The position numbers and the translations under genes were made by a program. Positions 1-10,135 of a stretch of DNA of 64,000 bases are shown here, piece after piece. The DNA comes from Andalucia godoyi And28 (taxonomy: Eukaryota > Protista > Jakobida): assembly GCA_009859145.1 (NCBI GenBank), contig VRVR01000027.1, positions 1 to 64,000 on the forward strand, given 5' to 3'. The notes beneath the pieces were generated by a model. That model had not been told where the DNA came from, made no database searches, and saw only the letters and a list, made by a program, of their open reading frames with translations. Each line of letters begins with the position of its first letter. The stretch's first letter is position 1.

Positions 1-2134
1 TCGGAGGAATCGCTCGACGTCCATCGGAGCAGAATATGCCCGAAGACTTCCCGCGCAGTGCATACTGGCGGGATGACACTCGTGTTGTGTTGCGTCTGCC
101 GCGGAGCAGACGTCCAATGGGTTCTGAAGAGGTGAAAGCACCGGTTACTATGCCACGCAGCAACAAGAGCACAGCCACAGAAGCTCCAAGCGTGCCAAAA
201 CTGAAGAACTTGGTCGCATCAACATGAATATTCTTAGAACAACCCGAACCAAGGGCAACGTCTGGAGAAGTCATGATCTGCCAGAAATTGAACTTATCAA
301 ACTCAGACGCCATACCGAGAACAGTTCCGGACAGGAGTGTAAGGCTCACATACCCAAACATAAGTGCGCAAACCTCTGGGATCTGCGGACTCATTTCAGA
401 GACGAATCTCGGAATTTCTTCAAGTACGCCTGAAGAGGAGAGGGCACAGAAGGAAGAGCAACAGAGGGACGCCCAACAAGAGGAAAATTCATGCTACTGA
501 CGTATTCCAGAACCATTTCAAGTAAAAACAGGAAAATTGCGAAACTTTTATTGGCTTCTGCGGACATCACGTTCAATCGATTCGTGAGTTTCGTGATTCT
601 GATCTAAGAATCTCAACTTTCTGATGATCGATCAAGTTCTGTTCTCTGGGAGTTTTCGTTTAGTCGGTAACCAAACTGGTCTTCCTGCTGTCTCACGATA
701 CGAATTTCGCATATGAAATCTTCCGCTGCCGGAAATCTGCAATGATGGCATTCCTGGAAGAGGCGACAAAAACCGGAAGAATATCGCTTCGAAACAGAAG
801 GCTTCCAGTGCCTGAAAACCAGATTTCAGCGAATCCTCTGGGGTATCTCGGATCTGGCGGAATTGTTACAATCAAATTCACAGTTGAAATGCGAGGTGGC
901 TCGGGAAACATGATCTCTCCGCGATTTCCGAGAATGGCATGAAAGCAACGAATTGCTTTGCAACTGGAAGGATTCTCTGCTGGTGTTCAAGTAGGCCGAA
1001 GGTATCAGCAAAACCCATGGAGGTTTCAACGTTGTTTGTAACAAACAGTCCTCGAAAAATGCGCGGGGAAACACATGGAACCCCAGAGAAAAGGATAGGA
1101 CATTCAACATTGTGGACAATCGAAAGACTGCACTGCAAGGCAGTATCAAGAAGCTGAATTGCTGCTTTTCTAGCGCCATTGGTGCAGATGCTGGTGAACG
1201 AAGCAGCAGACAATGGAGTCGGATAGAAAGGAAAGATAGGGACTGCCAGAAGAATGTCGAGGATTTTCAGGCATTTTCAAGACACCCAAACTCCGAATGG
1301 TACTGACATGCCAAGAGTAAATGAATTCTGATGAAGAGACAGCATCCTACAACTGCATCAAAAGATCGGTCAGATACACGTGGAGCTCTTCAAACTCATT
1401 CCGGCACATCACTTTCAACGAAGGCATTCTATGAACAAGCCTCTGCGGCACACTTCATAAATCGCTATCCTAGGCAGTCCGAGACAACTGCAACAAGACT
1501 TGCAGGACATTGAATTAGAATCTATTTCGTTGAGACGTTGGAACACTTTCTGAACCTGAGTCAACGCCAGCATGCAGGCGAACATTCTCATGTTACGTCT
1601 GATGCAAACTTGAATCGTCGAAATCGATTCCGGCCAGCATGTTCTTTTGTTGATAACATTTTGTTAAAAAAGAGGAAAAAGACACCGGGCCATTCGGCGA
1701 AAACTCCGATCCATGGAAAACTAAAATTGATTATTATTTTCCAGACCTCCGGGAATATGAGAAACGAGCATCAGAAGAAGAAAACCAACAATGCCGGAGG
1801 TGTAGAAACAGCCGAATACTGTGTACAGGCTGACTGACAATACAATGCAGGAGTACTGACAGTCAAAGTCACTTCTCTTTGATTCGCATTTCTGGACAAA
1901 GGTCCATTTCCATACACACAAATGCGAATACCGTTGCTGCTTCCTGCAAAGGACATGAAATGTAGAGAATGTTTGAAGCGCCCTCAAAGCAAAGCAGCCT
2001 ACCAAAGATGGTCTGCTGTAATTTTTTATTCGGCACCTAGGCAACATCTTGTCTGTCCCCGATGTTGATGCACTTCAACCACCCACACGTTTCTATTCGC
2101 AAAGCATCTTCGAAGGAGCGGAGACAACGACGAA

Positions 2135-2986
2135 TTATGCATCAGAGACATCACGAACAATGATACTTCGTGTTTCGAAACGTTTGGCTGCTTTGTCATG
2201 TAGACGAGCCATCACGCGACGAGCCAAGCTGACCGTTAGCACCTCTGCTTTCCCGGCATTTGGATGCAAAACAGTTCCCGCGGAGGGGTGAAACAAGCAC
2301 ATCCATTTCCAAAGTAAAATCTCCTCAGGATTTGTGATCACTTCGAATGTGAGATCATCCACAAAGTCTCCTTCTTCTTCTTGGATCTCTTTGATTGCTC
2401 GACGAAACCACGATTCCTCAATTCTCATGCTTTCGTGAAATAACACAAGATCGTCTTTCAAGACGAACAGAGACTCCTTCCAACGATACACGGGCAGTTC
2501 ATCCAGGGAAGCAGTTGTGGAAACCGTATGTGGAGCATGAGTGCAAGCCCAATGGAACAAAACACTCATGAGGAAGAGACGAAAATCCTCCTTTGAAGAT
2601 TGAGAATTCACTCTCCATCGCAGCAGATGATGATGCACTGTATTGGCTTGAATACCATAGGGACGCAGAAATTCGAAACAAGCGGAGGGGAAAGACTTAT
2701 GCACACAGCGGCTGAGAATCTGAATGAGTGTACTCTCGAGAAGGCTGTCACTCAAAAGAGGGATTTGATTGAAAATCTCGTCAACAGAAAATGCGGTGAG
2801 AGACGTGTCGTCAAAAAAGACGTCAGTTTCCTGTTGATCGACGGCAGCCAAATCACGCACTTCGTGAGACACTATTGTTGGAATCAAACGTCGTTTCATT
2901 CTCAAGCTGTTATTTGAGAAGGAAACAGAAATGGAACTTTTCCAAACCTCGGAGAAAATGGAAGAACTGCCATTCATCATTTCCAC
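2135..2986 (-). CDS. Hypothetical protein (283 aa ORF, possibly 5'-incomplete)
   Basis: Long ORF with globular-looking composition; no recognisable motif. Start uncertain. Confidence 0.4.
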   Translation of the reverse strand: MEMMNGSSSIFSEVWKSSISVSFSNNSLRMKRRLIPTIVSHEVRDLAAVDQQETDVFFDDTSLTAFSVDEIFNQIPLLSDSLLESTLIQILSRCVHKSFPSACFEFLRPYGIQANTVHHHLLRWRVNSQSSKEDFRLFLMSVLFHWACTHAPHTVSTTASLDELPVYRWKESLFVLKDDLVLFHESMRIEESWFRRAIKEIQEEEGDFVDDLTFEVITNPEEILLWKWMCLFHPSAGTVLHPNAGKAEVLTVSLARRVMARLHDKAAKRFETRSIIVRDVSDA

Positions 2987-5095
2987 CGATTCGCATGAAG
3001 TCTGGAAAATCCGAATCTAATGGAGAGTCTCGTAGAAGTAAGAGTTTTCCGAAAGCGTCACAACCATCCATTCTGGTGACACATGGAAATTAATCCAACA
3101 TCTTGTAATTTCCGAGAGAGCCGTTTCAAGAACATCACACATGAGTGTAGGTTGATTGCTGGCGATGTGTCTTCAAACTTTACAGTGCCATTCTGCGGAT
3201 TAAGAAGCGTGCTGCCTACTGATCGTCCAAAACTCTGTTTCGCGTTATGAGTGCCAAATTGAGGATTATGAGATTGTGCAGAAAGCGAATCGTCTGCTCT
3301 GAACCATTTTTGAAGCCGATCGAGAGTTTTATTCAAGAAATTTCCGTCCGAAGAGTCTAGTTACACTCAAATTGCATCTGAAACCGCATGTGCACAGAAG
3401 AGAACCAAATAGCGTTGTGCCGACAAATCACGGCAAACAACATCTTATCTGATGCGAGAAAAGAAAAGAGAGAAAGTCGTCGAAGAAACGATCACACAAT
3501 GATCGTTACAATGAACATTGAACAAGAAAACCTGCGCAAGATAGATTAGGATGTCAAGAATCAACAGAGATGAGAAACTGTGGATAACGTACTCAAGAGA
3601 GATACAACACATCAATACAGTCTAAGAAATGTGTGATGATGGTTGGAATGAGATGGCACTTCGTCAATTAAAACTTGATCACTAATCAACACTCTGAAGC
3701 ATAGCTGGTTTCTTGAAGAACGGCATTCATGAAAAGCGACTAGAGGGAGAACCAACAGAATTGCGACTCGCCTGCCAGTTTTGCAAGCTGCAAACTGTGA
3801 ACGTCTCAATCCGATGCCACTCGCATTCAATAATAATAATATGATCGTTTCCATTTATGAGCTGTTCACATCTGTAAAACGAAGCCAATTGATCCTTCTG
3901 AAAGTGATTCTCAGACATCCGTTGATTACGGTGCTCAGCGCAGATGAAACTCTTTGCAGAGGAATGAGAAATACAACCCGTTGTCGTGATGAAAGGGCTC
4001 TCTGTCACTGAACGATCCAATCCGGTAAAAAGCGAGTGCAGCAATCCAGGTGTTGAATGACGATCTTCCAACATTGGTAATATCGACGGAATCGTGTGTT
4101 GGAGAGCGTCTAAACTGGAAGAGGTCTTCTGAGAGCTCTGGACAATTTTCCGAAGAATCGATTTTATCTGAGCCATCTGCCACAACGAAGTGACCGACGA
4201 ATACAACACTGCAGCAATCATTGCAAATGCGAGTCGAGAATGCATCCAAACAGTTTCTTCCGATAACTGCTGGATTGCAGCGCCCTTGAAGTAGAAAATC
4301 CAATGACCACAAAAAAATAAGAAAATCGAATCCCGGGACTGCCGTCTCGGTGTAACAAGCATCGATCGTTCGGTACTATTCGAGACGTTCAAAAGTATCA
4401 AATCAGGAAAACCAGAAATCCGTCGTCCCTCGCTGCGTATTCCGCATTCACAATTTCACTTTCAAATAAAACTTTGAAAAATCTCATTTTCCTGAACTCT
4501 GTAGTGTCCTCATGATATAAACGATCGCCTGATAGATCCATCAAGAAAGACATGGAAAGTGAGAACCATGCATCATGCTGTGTGAAATGACAGCAAACAG
4601 GTGGAATCGTCGAAAGAGTTGAATCTCAAGAATATGTAGCCACAGAGGCGCAATGGAAGCTGAAAAATCTAACAGAATCGTTGAAAGATTAAAATCGTGG
4701 GAACTCATCACCGGACGGGACGCCGATGAACATGAATCCCGCGAAACAGATGAAGACATCCAACCACCTCTGGGGTGGCCTCAGATCGTCACAAACTGGA
4801 ACACGACAGCTCCTACGAAGTGAACTGGAAGTCGACGAAATGAACACGCCCCAAAGAGACTTCGGCGCATCTCCGGTCCATCCATCGCATCGTGTCCGCG
4901 TCATTTCACTTTTTGCTCACACGGGAAACATAGAGATGGAAAAGATGGATTGTTGGCCGAGGTGCATCATCACACCTTGATCTTGCCTGCCTTCCGGTCG
5001 CTTTCATTGAAATCTGCAAAATGGATTCTCCGCATTTCCTTTCTTCTTTTCCACATTTATTCTTTGCATTTCTTGATGACAACCATCAGTTGCAA

Positions 5096-5431
5096 ATGAA
5101 CACCATTCGGCCTTTCAATGAAAAATCGGCATGCTGCGCCCGCATCTACTGCCTCCTGTGCTGCCTCCCGACTTGTGGGTTTGGCATGCAAAAGTGCTAT
5201 TTGACAGAACTCGACAATCCCAGTTGCTGTGAGCGCGTCACGTGCAATTGCCTTTGTCTGGGCGGTCTCGCAGACTGCTGTTGCAACGCCAACGACATGA
5301 CAAGACAGCACAATGCCCGTGCCCGTGGAAAGCATACGGAAGCGAACCAGCAAGCAATGGTGCACTATATGCAAGCCCAACAGAAACACCAGATGCAAAT
5401 TCCGCCCGTGCATGCTCATCAAATGCAGTAG
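5096..5431 (+). CDS. Small Cys-rich protein with Gln-rich tail (PLAC8/CYSTM-like composition)
   Basis: ATG at 5096: MNTIRPFNEKSACCARIYCLLCCLPTCGFG...CCERVTCNCLCLGGLADCCC followed by a Q/H/M-rich tail. Family is suggested by composition only. Confidence 0.6.
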   Translation: MNTIRPFNEKSACCARIYCLLCCLPTCGFGMQKCYLTELDNPSCCERVTCNCLCLGGLADCCCNANDMTRQHNARARGKHTEANQQAMVHYMQAQQKHQMQIPPVHAHQMQ

Positions 5432-5725
5432 ATACAGCCTAGTAATATCATGGTTCAACAGCAGCAGTCTTCGCGGCAACGGAAGGGCTAAGTGGTATTC
5501 TCTGATTCTACAGTCTGTTTGAGAAAAAAAAGTAAAGCTCTTCAAAAGTGCTCAACTAGTTGTAATCCCTCATCCGACCAAGCGCGATTCTCCGCCAATC
5601 GCCCCAGAACGTCGGTTGGAATTGCTATTTTCTCCGGTCCGTTTCCTTCAAGGTGGTTTCTGATTTTCCCTCTTTCTGTTCTTTTTCCCGCTCCTGACTG
5701 CGCCTACACTTCTTCAGATTGCACC

Positions 5726-6751
5726 ATGCTCTACGGCAACCCTTACGGACCTCCCCCGACTCCCCTGTCGGCACCCTCGTCTGCCGCAGCCTACTTTGTT
5801 GCCAATAACGTTGGAATCAAGGTTTTCGACACAGACCCCACCGGACTTGCGCTGTTGAAGGGCAATCGTCAGGCCTATCGGATCGGCATTGCAGCAAAGA
5901 TCGGGTCATTGCTTGCGGTTGTGGCGTTCGCCATACTCTCAGCCACTGTCAGCGACTACTCGTCCTTGTTTGCGTATCACGTGAACAATTCTGAGGACTT
6001 CAATCCAGATGTGCAAACCTTTGCCTTTGGAAATGCCACCATTCCTGGCTTGAACATCACGTATGCAGCGTATGGATTCCAGAAAACGAATGTGTTTATG
6101 CCAGCCGCCTGCATGCAGGCTCTCGATCCAAAGGAGTTCGCCGCGGGAAAATCAGTCTCTCGCAAGGCACTGGTTGCATTCTTGAATGCTGGCACTAATT
6201 CAGGATGGGTGCTGCCGGACTTGGCGTTGTATCGCGATTCTCTCCGCATCGCATTCGGTCTCATCGCAGGGACAGTCGTTGAAATCTTTCTTGCGGTTCT
6301 CGATTGGAAAGAGTTCAAGAAAACCCAGTACCTCATCAGGAACAAGCTGAATGCGAAACAGATTTTGAGTCTTTTGATTGGAATTGCGATACCGCCGCTT
6401 CTGGGAGCGTCGCTGCTCATCATCGTGACCAATCTCCCCATGAACGCATTCTTCTTGCAGCCGGAGAAATCTGTGACCTTTGACAACAAGTATTGCACAG
6501 CAAAATCCGCAATTGCGAACACGACCAATGCTCACTTGTTGGAGGTTCAGCAATTCGCATCGATCATGGCGGGGATCGTTGCTGGTGCATTCCTATTCTT
6601 GGTTGTGAACGTCTTCGTTGCACTGCGTCAGGCAAGCAACATCGGGGCGTGGAAACGTGACAACGGCTTTACACTGAGTTTCTTCGACAAGATGTGCATG
6701 AAATTTTGCTGCTGCCGACCAATCAAGACGAAAGAACCTGGAAAACAGTGA
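5726..6751 (+). CDS. Four-TM membrane protein with Cys-rich cytoplasmic tail (341 aa)
   Basis: ATG at 5726 (MLYGNPYGPPP). Four hydrophobic segments (IGSLLAVVAFAILSATV; IAFGLIAGTVVEIFLAVL; ILSLLIGIAIPPLLGASLLIIV; IMAGIVAGAFLFLVVNVFVAL), N-glycosylation sequons in the loops, C-terminal CMKFCCCRP. Confidence 0.75.
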   Translation: MLYGNPYGPPPTPLSAPSSAAAYFVANNVGIKVFDTDPTGLALLKGNRQAYRIGIAAKIGSLLAVVAFAILSATVSDYSSLFAYHVNNSEDFNPDVQTFAFGNATIPGLNITYAAYGFQKTNVFMPAACMQALDPKEFAAGKSVSRKALVAFLNAGTNSGWVLPDLALYRDSLRIAFGLIAGTVVEIFLAVLDWKEFKKTQYLIRNKLNAKQILSLLIGIAIPPLLGASLLIIVTNLPMNAFFLQPEKSVTFDNKYCTAKSAIANTTNAHLLEVQQFASIMAGIVAGAFLFLVVNVFVALRQASNIGAWKRDNGFTLSFFDKMCMKFCCCRPIKTKEPGKQ

Positions 6752-7444
6752 TCTCGTATGCTAAGTCGCTCTCGAGAGGAAATCTGAGCTTTGAAAGTAC
6801 ATCGTAAACGACTTGCATTCTAAGGAAGCTCATTTATTCTGACACTGCTGCTTCTTGACCTGGGACTCTAGCGACAAATCGGGGGGGCAGGACGGAACTA
6901 ATAATATTTATTACATACTCACATGCATAGCATCAGAAGAAAAGAAGGCTGGTCAACAGAACGAGAAACGGAATGTCAAGCCAGGCTGTTTAACGACTTT
7001 TTCCATTCCTACGAGTATCCACTTCGTCAGCGCGAAGGAAGCATTTAGGATCCACAACATCCAACATGTCAACCACACACAACAGTACATAACAAAATTC
7101 AACTGACTGTGCGAGTAGCTGTCCAGTCTTTGCCATCCAATCCTGTTGTACAAGTGCCGCAGAGTCGCAGACCCCGTTCCTGCCGATAACCCTGCTCCTA
7201 GAAATGGTCGCGCAAAAAACAACACCAGCTCCTGCTCCGGTGCTGTCCACACCCCAGAGCACTGTTGTGAAGGGTATCAGCAAAGTCTCCGGGATGGGAT
7301 ATGGAAAGCAAAATTCAACAGAATCCCAAACGGGTTCACACAGCCGCTATCTTCAGCAGTTCCTGGGAAAATGATTCAACCGCTGCTCTTTCTCTTCTTC
7401 TCAGTTCTTTGTTTCCCTATTCCGACGAACTTTTTTGAGTAACT

Positions 7445-7957
7445 ATGTGGTCACCGTTCTACGGCGCGCTGTGTATCTTTGTGGTGGGATTGCTCGGGGT
7501 CTCAGCAGCCTTTGTTCCTCAGACTTTGTCAGCGTTCATGGCCAAAGTTCCTTGTGGACAGAAAGCTTGCTGAGGGCTGCGATCAGGTAGTTCGTTTGTT
7601 GATCCGCAGTACCGTTCCGTTTCATGCAACGGCAATGTCGTGTCCTACACAGGAATCTCTGTGGACCTCACGCCATTCGCCTCCACAGTGTTTTCATCTA
7701 ATAGCACCCTGTATGCTTGGAACGCTGGACAAATCACTCCAGATTTCGTGAGAGTTGTTCTGACATTCAACAACGCCCAGTTCGACGTTGTAACGAATGT
7801 GTTTGTGCAGTCCGCATTGAACAGTTCGTCGCAAGGATTTGTGTCTGGGGCAGAGATTGCCATGTGTACTGGAGGCCCTGTCACCGGTGGTGTCGCTTCC
7901 GGCTCTGTTGCGCTCCTTGCTGCTTGTATTACTTCTGTAGTGTTGCTCTGGTGGTGA
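7445..7957 (+). pseudogene. Secreted/GPI-type small surface protein interrupted by in-frame TGA (7571-7573)
   Basis: MWSPFYGALCIFVVGLLGVSAA signal peptide, ...GQKAC*GLRSGSS..., then the same frame continues into the 7640-7957 ORF, ending in a hydrophobic C-terminus (VALLAACITSVVLLWW). Confidence 0.55.
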
Positions 7958-10135
7958 CCAATAAACGAATCTGGGCTCATAGTGAAGAATTTCTTGAAAC
8001 GTCATCTGCGGTTTTATTGTAGCTAAGGGAGAAATTACAGATAAATGAAATCAATCGTAATTGGCAAAAAAAGTGATAAGATACAAATGTCTCCTCGGAA
8101 CTGACAGGAATACTACAACACAAAAGAAGTTGCTCTCCCGTCATAGGGTCCAACCATAATAATCATCAGAAGCGAGCAAATGCGGCAAAGACACCAGGAA
8201 TCACCTTGTATTACCAGTGGAACCCCAGAGGAAAGTCACAACCCGAAGCAGCTTGCATTCCAATCACTGAGAAAGCTGGAACTTGAATCTGAAAGCGTGA
8301 GATTTGGAAGATGCAAGCAAAAGAAGCATACGACGAGGAATCATGAATCCTGAGACATAGGCGTGTGGTAGCCTCTGTGTGCTGAGAGCACAGAAGAGTG
8401 TCCTTCCTCAAGACTGGGTCCGACCGAATCGTAACTTTGCATGTTTCTGTTGAAACCAAAAACATTTTCTTTCGTCGTTTAATCTTCTTCCAATGACATT
8501 TTAGCAAATGAGAACTTCTGCTATTCTGTTAGTCATCTGGTTCATCACAAATTCATCGGCTGCGTAGAGTGACGAGATACCCGTTGTCTCGTCGGGAGAC
8601 ATTTTAAAGGTGTAAACGATTCTGGATGACAATGAAGTCATCTTCGTTAACTCCTAGATGCCGACAGTCGATCACTCGAGGACCAATTCATTTGTTATGG
8701 CCACTCGAAAGATTTTCGCTTCACAAAAAACTTCTACACTCTCCAATTTCGCAATAATGATTCCACCCTCTTTGAATGGATCTCATATCTGATGAATCTA
8801 CAAACAGTGTTCGATTTATGGAGACATTCGATCCATGAAGAGAGTTTTGTGGAATCGAGGATCTGGCTTCCTTTGCCGCCATATTGAAGGGCTGGATTCG
8901 CAGCGTCAGCTTATCCTTCGATCAGCTATGAACGCTTTTTGAGCAGATAAAGTTCTTCAAAGACATCCACAACCTTCTCCAACAAAATGACACTGCTCTT
9001 CGAGCTATGGACCAGCTCGTTGGCCAGAACTTGTTCCAAACAGATCGAAAGCAATTTTTTTTGCAGCTGGATGCCACTCACTTCATCGAATATGTCCATG
9101 AAAGAAGTCTGGATCAGAAAACTGTGAAATCGACTGATGCTCTTCGGTTTCCTGGATGGAAACTGTTGTGATTCCACAAGAAACACAATTGATGAATCAT
9201 ACAGTAGAGCTCGATTATCTACGAAGACGTGGGTTGTTGATCGAGGAATTCATAAAAACGAAAGTTCCCCTGTTGCGCAGACACTTCATTGGTGGGTTTT
9301 GCTGGTGTGTTTCTGACATCGCTGGTCGTGCTACGAGTTACACAGGTCACGTGGAGTCCTGATTCTTGGTGTTCGATCCGGAAAGTGGACCGACAATTTC
9401 AAGTCATTGTCCCGTGTGTTCTGTCAGCGATTGCGAAAGCATTTCGGCATCCAGAGCGAGGCATTTTATTCTTGTAAAAAACTAACTTCACAACAACGCC
9501 AATGAAGCATCGGGACGTCTCAAAGCACATACGCTCGCGGTGGGAAGGTGCAATGTCTTTTGATGCTGGCGGCGGCGAAGACGCAAAAAATCACGGTGGG
9601 AATGCAGGAACGATGCAGATCCAGGAAGACGTTGTCCACGTGTCGGAAGGCTCCATGAAAATCGGTGCAGGAAACAGCATACCAAAAGGCATTTCCGGGT
9701 ATGTCCTCGACGCAGTTCGGTTTCTGACAGCAATAAAGATTCTTCCGCAACACTTGATGTGCGCTACCGTCTTGTTGCACTACTCCAAATGCAATTGCGC
9801 TGAATTTGTGAGAGACAACGCTTGTAAAACGAGATTTGAGCAAGTCAGTCGAATAACCAGAATCAGAGGCAGATGGAGAATGAACTGGTAGATTCACATT
9901 CCGGCCATCTGTTCGGACGTGTCCATCAGCAGAGGAGAGTTCCGGTCACGTCCGGACGGCACTGCATGCTGACCAATGTGACCCAATTTTGCCAGCCGGC
10001 AATCGGCCATCCCGAAAATCCGGGGATGATTCGATTGAAAACCAAGGTACAGAAATTCATGTGATCCACAACATTTTCTGGCAATCTCTCTTTCCATCCC
10101 CTCACCCATCTTTTGATTCATTTGAAACAGAAGAA

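Noticed and set aside
941-1306. Degenerate paralog of 2135-2986 (WKDSLLVFK vs WKESLFVLK)
   Set aside because: The match is only ~9 residues and does not extend; it may be chance.
3058-4401. Minus-strand ORFs as upstream exons of 2135-2986
   Set aside because: No motif and no convincing splice model; left unannotated.
8100-9900. Coding fragments between the GPI-type gene and the EGF gene
   Set aside because: Short ORFs on both strands with no consistent frame or motif.
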